The notes under the pieces were generated by a model. The model was not told the DNA's origin. It did not search any database and saw only the letters and a list, made by a program, of their open reading frames with translations. 59,530 bases of DNA from Octopus bimaculoides (lineage: Eukaryota): positions 34,998,404 through 35,057,933 of the forward strand of contig NC_068995.1 of assembly GCF_001194135.2 (NCBI RefSeq). Reading direction: 5' to 3'. Positions 49,162 through 59,530 of the stretch are shown piece after piece (positions within the stretch are counted from its first letter, which is position 1; each line of letters starts with the position of its first letter). A program made the position numbers and the translations under genes.

Positions 49162-51612
49162 TATCTCTCGGTTTATTACTTTGAAAAGTAAAATTTCGAG
49201 AGCTACAATAAGTTCCTATTTGCTAATTTAATTTACATGGGACTCTTATAGGAGATCGCATACAGCAAGTATAGCTTGGCGCCAGGAGCTGCAGTCTCAA
49301 TCATATCACTTCTTGAATGCCGATCAGCCGTCTTTGAAGACGGCGCTAAGTTCTCCATCAAAAGAAGACCTGGAAAACGTACAGCGGTCGATAAATCCTT
49401 ATGATTATCGTAACAAGGCAGATTAAGGTTTAGTGCATATGGTTTCAAGTAACTAATCAAGATTCTGTGAAACTTTGATTGATAAGCAAGAAACACTGCA
49501 ATAATGTCCAGTATTTTGACTCACTACTGATAATACACTTTTAGCTGTGGTAAGATTCATTGAACCTAGACCAAACTAAATACTGCACAGGTTTGTAAAG
49601 GAAAAGAAAAGGTGTCGTCTTGCTTAACATTTCCACCGCCTAGGAACATCAAAGCATCACTACAGGGCACACAGAAATATAAATTTCCCACGATTTCCTT
49701 ACAATAAGAATGCTTCCGTCACATCTATTAGGGTTTGCAGTCAGACCTCATTGATGAAGGATAATGAACCACATAAATAAACATCAAACTTGTAATAATA
49801 CTACTAATACTAATAGCGATTTCTGCTGTGCAATAATATGATATATCTTCATAATTATGAGAGGTTCTATACTATAATTAAGAGTGAGATTGACCTACAT
49901 TAGATATCTGATGCCGATTTTATGAATTAAAGGGATTGACGGTGGGTTTAGGTGAGATTAAAACACTGTAAAAACTAGATGAAAACTATTTAGACATGTA
50001 CTCGTCTGTATCTTCCATTCAACTGAACTGGTGCTACATTAAGTATTATCACCATTTTAACTGTGAATATCTATTCTCATGTCATTTTTATACTAACAAA
50101 AAAATTAACTTCAAGATGACAAAGTGGAATTAAACATCAATTTTCATTATTCCACACGAGGTTTGATGCGACAGTTGTGTTTCATAAGCGTTTTATTTAC
50201 AGTTTGTTGTTATAGCAAACAATTATTACGTCACTCGTCAGCTACAAATATACATCGCAGTAGAAAAACTACAATGAATATTCTATAATTACAATAATTA
50301 TATTGCAATATCTTCTCGCTTCAAATACATCCATGGTTGATATGTATGTGCCTGTGATTTTCTCATTCTCACTTTCACCTACGCATAGATATCCGTTGAA
50401 TTACATTTGAATTAAAATATCGCTAATTTTAAACATTAACCGTAGTCCTCTGTAAATAGGGATATTTTAATGATCAAAATACATACATACATACATACAT
50501 ATATATATATNNNNNNNNNNNNNNNNNNNNNNNNNNNNNNNNNNNNNNNNNNNNNNNNNNNNNNNNNNNNNNNNNNNNNNNNNNNNNNNNNNNNNNNNNN
50601 NNNNNNNNNNNNNNNNNNNNNNNNNNNNNNNNNNNNNNNNNNNNNNNNNNNNNNNNNNNNNNNNNNNNNNNNNNNNNNNNNNNNNNNNNNNNNNNNNNNN
50701 NNNNNNNNNNNNNNNNNNNNNNNNNNNNNNNNNNNNNNNNNNNNNNNNNNNATATATATATGAATATATATAATTATATATATTGGGGCTCCAAGGTTAT
50801 AGCCGAGACGAATAGCACCCACACACAAATCCCCATGGTCATTAACACGTATCCCTTCTATATCTCTATAATACTTATATCTTAGCTCTCTTCTATCTAC
50901 CTTACCTCATCGCACTATGAGATAAATGTTAATTCCTTACTTTATCCTTTATTTTTAAACCTTAGCCAATAAATCCCCTAATATAAATCTCTAACTCCCA
51001 CACATAAATAATTTAACATTCAACTTCTTTCTCGACTTCCTTTCTCGACTACTTTCATACCCATAACCCCATTGCTAAAAATAAATCTACGGCCACTGAC
51101 CTTAGCCAGGCCGGATACAAGCAGTTATTACTAAATTTCGTCCCGAACAACTTTAGACCTTAAGACTTACCTGACATCTGCTACTCTCTTCAAATTTCTT
51201 TCATGTTGCGTTATTTTTTACGGTATCTTCCTCCGCGCCTCACCTTCCTTCTTATCTTCTCGGCTACCCCGAACTCAGTTCTTAGACACCATACACCTAT
51301 GCACCTTAGGTTATCTTATAGCCAATCCTTAAAATCCCTCCACCCCACTCTGTCTATCTGTCTTTCTACTTATTTCTTTTTTAAACTTTTACCACTTAAT
51401 AGACATCTCCAATACCATTCTGTTATTGAAGGTTGATATCTTCGCATCTTTTTTCTTGGGATGTGTACTATATCAGGATTTTAACCCACATGGATATACC
51501 ATTCTCATTTTCTCCATTGTTTTTAAATTTCTTCCTATAATAATATTGTATACGACTTGAGATGTTTGCCTTGCCTTAATGTTTTCTGTCCTGTTTAACA
51601 ATTATATATGTG

Positions 51613-51645
<33 letters not shown>

Positions 51646-52744
51646 TANNNNNNNNNNNNNNNNNNNNNNNNNNNNNNNNNNNNNNNNNNNNNNNNNNNNN
51701 NNNNNNNNNNNNNNNNNNNNNNNNNNNNNNNNNNNNNNNNNNNNNNNNNNNNNNNNNNNNNNNNNNNNNNNNNNNNNNNNNNNNNNNNNNNNNNNNNNNN
51801 NNNNNNNNNNNNNNNNNNNNNNNNNNNNNNNNNNNNNNNNNNNNNNNNNNNNNNNNNNNNNNNNNNNNNNNNNNNNNNNNNNNNNNNNNNNNNNNNNNNN
51901 NNNNNNNNNNNNNNNNNNNNNNNNNNNNNNNNNNNNNNNNNNNNNNNNNNNNNNNNNNNNNNNNNNNNNNNNNNNNNNNNNNNNNNNNNNNNNNNNNNNN
52001 NNNNNNNNNNNNNNNNNNNNNNNNNNNNNNNNNNNNNNNNNNNNNNNNNNNNNNNNNNNNNNNNNNNNNNNNNNNNNNNNNNNNNNNNNNNNNNNNNNNN
52101 NNNNNNNNNNNNNNNNNNNNNNNNNNNNNNNNNNNNNNNNNNNNNNNNNNNNNNNNNNNNNNNNNNNNNNNNNNNNNNNNNNNNNNNNNNNNNNNNNNNN
52201 NNNNNNNNNNNNNNNNNNNNNNNNNNNNNNNNNNNNNNNNNNNNNNNNNNNNNNNNNNNNNNNNNNNNNNNNNNNNNNNNNNNNNNNNNNNNNNNNNNNN
52301 NNNNNNNNNNNNNNNNNNNNNNTATATATGTATATATGTATTATTTATATTATTATTTCAAGTAAGTTTATCATAACCTTTTTGATGCACCTATACTCTA
52401 TACTGTTTTCTCCCCTATCCTTTCTAACTCCCTTTTTCTCCCTCTCATCGTTCTCTATCTGTTTCTCTCTCCTCATCCTTCTCTTTTTTCTGTCTCGTTG
52501 CTCACACGTGACCATCATTCATCTTTCTTTTCCTCACGTGACCTTCTTTCTTTCCTGCACGTACTTTCCAAGGCCTGGACGTCTCCTATCACTCTCTTCT
52601 ATCTTTTCGCTTTTCAAAGAAAACATTTCTCTCAGTGTTTACTATTTTACTCTCGTTCTGGTCTAACGACCCTCCATGTTTGTTATTGTTCGGTTTCCTT
52701 GTATGTCTCCGCTGTCCAGTTTTTGTTCCTAACTTTCACCCATA

Positions 52745-52965
52745 ATTCCCAAATGTAGTTTGGTATTTATGGGAGCAACTGTCTTCGAAGACTCATTGTC
52801 GTTGATTGCTCGAAATTGTGAGTAGATAGACAACCGACAAATGATGACGGGTCATTCATTCTTTGTATTACTTGTCCCTTCTTTTCTCTTGTTATTTGCG
52901 AATTGAACTCATTTGTTTTCGTGTTTCATATTGTTTACTATTTGTGACGTCCTGTACCCATATAT

Positions 52966-52969
<4 letters not shown>
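52745..52969 (+). mobile_element. Repeat with degenerate hammerhead-like motifs (PLE pseudo-LTR-like), related to 39944-40081
   Basis: GAGCAA...TTGCTC helix followed by GAAAT-TGTGA-GTA, then TGATGA; shared 21-nt 3' end; runs into (AT)n/(CA)n. Confidence 0.45.
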
Positions 52970-53009
<40 letters not shown>

Positions 53010-53423
53010 ACACACATANNNNNNNNNNNNNNNNNNNNNNNNNNNNNNNNNNNNNNNNNNNNNNNNNNNNNNNNNNNNNNNNNNNNNNNNNNNNNNNNNN
53101 NNNNNNNNNNNNNNNNNNNNNNNNNNNNNNNNNNNNNNNNNNNNNNNNNNNNNNNNNNNNNNNNNNNNNNNNNNNNNNNNNNNNNNNNNNNNNNNNNNNN
53201 NNNNNNNNNNNNNNNNNNNNNNNNNNNNNNNNNNNNNNNNNNNNNNNNNNNNNNNNNNNNNNNNNNGGTGGTAAATATAGTTCACAATGATGATGGGTTA
53301 CTATCTAGAAGCCGTAGGACATTAGGAAAGATTAAATTATCTAAATGTGAACACGCAAAGTGTAATGTTAATGCTCAACCAACACATGTCCTTTTTTAAT
53401 CATAGAGATAGATATCAAATGAC

Positions 53424-54330
53424 ATGGCTTCAACGAGAGGATGCAAAAATGATCCTAACTTATTTTGCTATACATGCGGCGAGTTCACATCGAAAGCTAA
53501 CAGGAAACTGATATCTGATTTTTACAAGAAAGTCTATCGTGCTTACTTTCACGTCAAACTTGGTGATCAGGACAAATCATGGGTCCCTCACATTGTTTGC
53601 AAGACCTGTTTGGAACACATGAGACAGTGGACTTCAGGTTCCCGAAAATCGCTGAGATTCGCTATTCCTATGATCTGGCATGAGCCAAAGAACCACTCTG
53701 ACGAATGATACTTCTGCTCAGTCAGTGTTGCGGGACTGAACCAAAAGAAACGCAGATTTATCGACTATCTCAGTCTTCATTCCGCTATTCGACCAGTGCC
53801 GCATTCAAACGATTTGCTAATCCCAGTTTTTCACGAAAATTTGTTGAAACTTGTTGAAAGTGATGAGTCAGATACTGATGTAAATGAGAAACACAGCGAA
53901 AGCGATCTTGACTATGTTCCCGAAACCGTAACAGAGCCGTTTAACCAAAATGAGCTGAATGGTTTGGTTCGAGACTTAAATTTAAGCAAAGAATCAGCAG
54001 AACTTTTGGCCTCAACGAAAATCACCTGTTAGCAAAAGGCACAACGGTAACATTCTATCGAAATAGGGAAGCTGAATTTGTACCAATCTTTAATGAAAAC
54101 ACGGATCTTGTTCATTGCATGTCGTTGAGACGTTCTTCTCCGACTAGGCGTTCACAAATACGATACTGATGAATGTAGATTGTTCATTGATAGTTCAAAA
54201 CGTAGTCTTAAATGTGTTTTGCTCCATAATACCAACATGTATGTGCCAGTACCTATGGGTCATTCAACAACACTGAAAGAAAAACATGATGTCATCAAAC
54301 AGGTATGGAACAGATTGACAACATCAAATA
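53424..54330 (+). mobile_element. Chapaev3-type (CMC superfamily) transposase pseudogene, 3' truncated
   Basis: FCYTCGE...KLGDQDKSWVPHIVCKTC...W...IWHEPKNHSDE*YFC...SAIRPVPHS...FNQNELNGLVRDLNLSKESAELLAS...TFYRNR...RLFIDSSKRSLKCVLLHN...GHST. N-terminal Cys/His zinc-binding region plus the start of the catalytic region as I recall them for Chapaev3. Confidence 0.8.
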
Positions 54331-54351
54331 CAAGTGAATGTTATGGGTCGA

Positions 54352-54363
54352 GCACACACACTC

Positions 54364-54418
<55 letters not shown>

Positions 54419-54682
54419 CTTCAACTTAAATGAAGAGAGAAATAGGTATATATAGATGGATAGATAGACAGACGGACAGATAGATTGATAGATAGACAGA
54501 CAGACAAACAGGCAGACTGACAGACAGATAGATAGAAACAAAGGCAGACAGACAGATAAATAGATGGATAGAGAGAGAGAGAGGGGGAGAGAGAAGGGAG
54601 ATAGAGAAAGAGAGAGAGACAGGTAGACAGAGAGACAGACAGGTATAGATAGATAGATATGTACGCACACACACACATACAT
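54352..54682. repeat. Compound (CA)n/(TA)n/(GATA,GACA)n/(GA)n microsatellite
   Basis: Direct reading; truncates the Chapaev remnant. Confidence 0.95.
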
Positions 54683-55343
54683 TGATATCAGAGAAAGAAA
54701 TTTACACAAGTGTAATAAACTTACAATTATTATCACTTATTTGCAGAGAAACTCAGACCTGAAACCAGCGTAGAGCAGCGTGGAGTATAGCTCCATTAGC
54801 ATCGCTTGTTATTTACAAGGTAACCAAGAGGTACTTTTTCGTACGTTCTGCAGAGGGCTAGAGATAGGTAGCATAGTATTTAGAGAGAGAAAGATATAAG
54901 GGAGATGAGGAGGGGAGAGAGAGAAGGAGAGCACTTGAATTACAGGTATCTATCTGAAATATGATGAGCAGCAGGCACAGTTTGTGTTAATTGCAGTGGC
55001 CACAATTATTTAAATACAACCGTATCGAAATTTCTTAAACGCATAGATTTTATTTTACAAATTCATACGTTTACAAGTTATGTACACTACACTGAGGTAA
55101 TAATTAAGTTAATTATACGCACCACCAATGAATGTGCTGTTGTGTAAATGAACACAGAAGATACTGTTTGTTGTTCGATGAGCATTTCATAATTGGCTCT
55201 CAAAAGAACGGATTAAATAAATGGACAAACATTTGAGTCTATTTATAACAGATGCAGCTGGTCGCGTTCTTTGATGTACGGCCGACTGGAAGAACTTTGT
55301 AGTTTAATTACAAAATCTCCCCCTCTCTTTCTCTCACTCTGAC

Positions 55344-55388
<45 letters not shown>

Positions 55389-57062
55389 GAAATATGTTAC
55401 AATAACAAAATAGAAACTATACGTGGAAGTTTAAGAGGAAAGTAAGAAGAAAAATATGCGAAAATGCACATTTTCACCATCAGCAACTATTTAGAGTATG
55501 GGGAAATCTTTTGTAGGAACTAAATAATTTTAGCAGTTGATAGCTGGAAATTCCTTTATATATTATCGATGAAAGCAGCTACCGAAGTTTGTTTCAAAAT
55601 TTTAAGACATGTGAGAATATACTATACTTATCCAAAAGACGATCACACTTGCTAAAGCTTTGTGCAGAAATGTTTATACTGGCATTTTGGTTTTACAATT
55701 GTGAGTATAAACCTTAAATAGCGAAGTATAAACCTTAGATATACTTAGATAGTGAAGGACAGAGGCATTAGGCATCTTTGAGGTAACTTGAATGTATACG
55801 CATGATGTAACTTTGTAAAGAGCTTTTCAGCAAGATTTTTACATCACTGGCAATTTCGGGAGAAAACTAAAGGTGTTACGTTCAGCGAACAGGTGCTAGA
55901 TTTATTGCAATTACTTAGATGAGAACAATATGGCGTACTTATACCGGACGAATTTCTCCTGTTTGTATTCGTTGTGGCAGCAAATTCTGATGCAGATATA
56001 GCTCACCTTAATGTTATTACTATCAAAGCCCTTATGATATCTGTTCTATGAGGAAATTTTTATTCATAAGGTTAAGCAAAAAGCAAAAATCTTCATGATA
56101 CCAGGAATTGTAACATGTAACATAATTTTCTATTTTTAGTTTTGCTTTAGTTGCATTTACAATATATTCTAGCTTTGAAGCCCCTGCCTTTCAATCCACC
56201 ACTGTAATGATAAGATCACGGTTAAAGAATTCTCTTTCAGACGGCAAAATGGATTTTCGTATAATAATATTATTAACTTTGCTTCTAAACATTATTATCG
56301 GATGATTTTAATGTATTTAATTCATATCAACTTTCTGAAATTTCTTGTTAGATTTATCGTAACGGTAAAAAAGGCAACAAGAATTTAGAAATCAGATATA
56401 AATATTTCGTACCTACTATATACTTTCAATCTATCTCTTTAAATATGGCCAATAATTCTTTCCTAGCAGCATTTATGTGGGCCTTTTTATAATTCGCAAA
56501 ACTTATGTTCAATCATCGCAGTAAATGCCAGACTAAGCAAAACGGAATCTCATCAGAAGAACAGATAAAAATGAATATTCAGCGATATATCCTGAACTTT
56601 CAACAAACAATCCCTGGCTATTAAGTTTAACCTGAACATAATTCTTGAAAATGGCAAAGGTGTTCTAGCATATGAGTAATAAGAATGTCAGAATCCTTAA
56701 TTGAATAGAACTTTTAATGAATTTTTATATTTTCTTCCAGAAAGAATTCTGACTTTTTGTACTTTAGCTCTTTCGTTCTTATTATTCTGTATTTCGGTTT
56801 GGCAATAAATTATTTTTCACGTTCATTAAACCTAATGAATCGTTTGCATAATTTTAATGATTCTACTCAGCTGTATATTTTTAGTTTTGTAGCTATTTGT
56901 TTCGTTCTCAAATTGATGACGCTGTAAAAAACTGGTGTCGATTTTCTTCCAGATTCTTCTTTGGTGTGTGTAGACAACGATTTCTTAAACAATATTTGTC
57001 TGAAGAAATATCTGTATTATTCGATCATATATTTTTTTTATTCTTCTTTTATTTTTTTGTAT

Positions 57063-57252
57063 TTTTTTCAGTCATTTGACTGCAGTCATGCTGGAGCACC
57101 GCTTTTAGTCGAGCAACTCGACCCAGGACTTATTGTTTGTAAGCCTAGTACTTATTCTACCGGTCTCTTTTGTCGAATCGCCAAGTTACGGAGACGTAAA
57201 CACACCAGCATCTGTTGTCAAGCGATGGTGGAGGTCGAACGTAGACACACAA

Positions 57253-57296
<44 letters not shown>

Positions 57297-57465
57297 GTAT
57301 GTATACTATGGGATTCTTTCCAATTCCGTCTACCAAATCCACTCACAAGGCTCTGGTCCGCCCGAGGCTATAATAGAAGACATTTGTCCAAGGTGCCACG
57401 CAGTGGGACTGAACCCGGAACTTTGTGGTTGAGAAGCAAGGTTCTTACCACACACCCACGCCTGC
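57063..57465 (-). mobile_element. tRNA-derived SINE family C, full length with internal (TA)n/(TG)n microsatellite
   Basis: Minus-strand head GCAGGCGTGGGTGTGTGGTAAGAACCTTGCTTCTCAACCAC, B-box-like GGGTTCAGTCCC and tail CAGTCAAATGACTGAAAA. A short head duplicate lies at 57472-57492. Confidence 0.92.
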
Positions 57466-57632
57466 ACCTATCCACACAGCCACGGCTGCGCCAGCGAGTA
57501 GATATTTTTAATAATTGTGTAATATATACGTATGTGTCTATGCATGTATGAATGTATGTGTGCATGTATGCATGTATGCATGCATGTATATCTGTATCCA
57601 TGTATAGAAATATGTATGTATGTATGTATGTA

Positions 57633-57780
57633 TGTTGCGTGGGGAGGTGGAAATATCTGGGCTGGTGTCCAGGTGCGCGGTTGGCCCACTGGGTGTGGGA
57701 CGACCCTCTGTTGTTATCACATCTCTCTAGAAGAAGAGACTCTGAGAGAAGACATGCGACACATACACTATTTAATGATG
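57633..57780 (-). mobile_element. Possible LTR 3' remnant inserted in a (TATG)n tract
   Basis: GC-rich island; the minus strand has ATTAAA about 140 nt before a terminal ...CGCAACA. Confidence 0.35.
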
Positions 57781-58147
57781 TAGACTAGTTCTTCTTTTCG
57801 AGCTTATGTTGTCCATGTTCAAACAGTGGGTTTAGATTTGTGCAAATCCTTTCCCCACTATAAAAATCATCATGCTGAGATATCGCTGAAAAAACGTAAG
57901 ACTCATCACAAGAATGGCTGCTCGTTGTCTTCGTATGTCTGGCACTTTCGATAAGGCAAAAGCAAAACACAAACACGCGTTTTCAGCTATCATGTATGTA
58001 TGTATGTATGTATGTATGTATAAGCATGCGCACGCGCGCGTGTGTGTACATGTTTATGTATAGTTATCAAATATTTAGATTAACTAAAGTTTATGGATAA
58101 AAGTAACTTGAATAAGCACCAAACAAGTTTGCTTGCGTCTGTGTGCC

Positions 58148-58150
<3 letters not shown>

Positions 58151-58197
<47 letters not shown>

Positions 58198-58248
58198 AGA
58201 GATAGCGAGTGAAAAGAGAGAAAGCAACAGAGAGAGAGAGAGGGAGAG
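58151..58248. repeat. (GA)n microsatellite
   Basis: Direct reading. Confidence 0.95.
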
Positions 58249-58659
58249 AGATGTTGCACATAAACAACTTTCTTAGATCCAAACACATTGTACATTTATA
58301 ACCAAAGCCGTATTGCCAAATTGCGTTTGTGGTGTTATGAAAACTATCGATCAATTAACGAACCAGCTGCATTACTTTATTAGAGACTAGCTTAAAAGCT
58401 ATCCCGTTTGTATTTGATAAGACGTTAAGGATGGATGAGAATTAATTCTCTAATGCAATCATTCTATTGTTCCAGTCCCAAGTTGAATTCCAACTGTCGA
58501 CCAATTTGTCCCAAATTTCATATCTGGACGTAAAATTAACGAAGCGACTGTCATTTACCTCCCCCCCTCATCTCTGACGTCATCTGACAAACGCCAAGCA
58601 CGATGGCGTCAATTAACCATGCTTTACCTACTAGAAGTCGCAACCCAGATACCTTTAAA

Positions 58660-59120
58660 TCACCTACCAATATTGGATGTTCAAGAACCAACTTAAGGGC
58701 CGTTTCGAAAGGCTATCAAGAGCTAACGCCCAGGAAAACTGATGAATGGCGTCTTGTTTCAATAGGACAATGCTTCAGCACACAACTCCTTGGTTTCATT
58801 GGCTGTTGTGCGTGACTGGATTTGAACTGGTTGACCCCACCTCCCTATGTTAGGGATTTGGCTCCATCTGATTATCACCTATTTCCCAATATGAAAAAGA
58901 CTCGGACGAACACCAGTATCGATGTGATGAGCACGTCTTATCTGTAGCTGTTGATTATTTTGACCAACAGCATAGCTTCTTCACCAGTGCCATCCAAGCA
59001 CTGCAACTAATTATGGAAGTGTGTGGCCAGTAAAAGGAACTGTGTTAAAAAATGAACTTCATTTAGTCACATTCCATGAGGATATCTTGCTCAGCCTATA
59101 GACATTTCAGTCAACCCTCA
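58660..59120 (+). mobile_element. Mariner 3' remnant (Himar1/irritans-like motifs)
   Basis: RPGKLMNGVLFQ*DNASAHNSLV...FELVD..PP...DLAPSDYHLFPNMKK, then a TIR-like end TTTCAGTCAACCCTCA|TA. Confidence 0.8.
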
Positions 59121-59317
59121 TAATAATAAAAAGTATTATAACTGCATTTGTTTTGATGTTATCATTAAAAATTCCACGTTTTTCGTAAAATATTTGGACG
59201 TGGGTTTGCATCACCTAAGCAAACTTTGTTCCCGGACTAGTGGACATAAGCCACGTCTTTCTATTTCAACTATTTGAAAATCAGTTTTAAGTCTGAAAGC
59301 AGTTAAATCTTTAAATA

Positions 59318-59420
59318 TATAGATGTTTTCGATCTAGTTTGGATTCTTTGCCATCAAATTTGAATTCTTTGCAATCAAATTTGATGGCAAAGAATCCAAA
59401 CTAGATCGAAAACGTCTATA
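59318..59420. repeat. Near-perfect inverted repeat, 46-bp arms with 11-nt spacer
   Basis: 59318-59363 versus the reverse complement of 59375-59420: 45/46 identical. Confidence 0.97.
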
Positions 59421-59530
59421 ATAAAAAAGATATTTTACCTATTCTCAGTGCATTTTCAACTTCTATTCGTCTTATATTTCTACCCGTGTGGAATAAAATA
59501 ACTTTCTCTCTTCTCTCTTTCTCTCTTTCT

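Noticed and set aside
50800-51560. C/T-rich island, possibly a third Penelope-like remnant on the minus strand (YVWEL)
   Set aside because: One short motif only; the rest could not be aligned by eye.
54747-54819. Exon-like segment with good acceptor (TTTGCAG) and donor (AAG|GTAACC)
   Set aside because: Stops in all three frames; it could only be a non-coding exon and there is no supporting evidence.

Overview
AT-rich eukaryotic genomic DNA from a gapped draft assembly (14 N-runs, almost all touching (AT)n, (CA)n or (CT)n microsatellites). The SINE and microsatellite landscape looks like an octopus genome; this is pattern recognition, not a database result. I could not support any intact host protein-coding gene. 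The window is a transposon graveyard. It holds three tRNA-derived SINE families (about 13 copies or fragments), CR1-group and RTE LINE reverse transcriptase remnants, and two Penelope-like elements (one RT, one GIY-YIG endonuclease). DNA transposons include a full-length but dead 1.3-kb mariner with TIRs and TA target duplication, two further mariner remnants, a MADE1-like MITE, a DD37D (maT) transposase, a Tigger/pogo-type MITE and a Chapaev3-type transposase. The most interesting unexplained structures are four: degenerate hammerhead-ribozyme motifs beside the Penelope-like elements, including a form with an unusually long helix II (42.83-42.91 kb); a 350-bp foldback element (37.30-37.65 kb); a near-perfect 46-bp-arm hairpin (59.32-59.42 kb); and a candidate TATA promoter with a signal-peptide-like first exon (26.78-26.93 kb). 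Nearly all long ORFs in the supplied track are artefacts of N-runs and microsatellites. All alignments and translations were done by hand.
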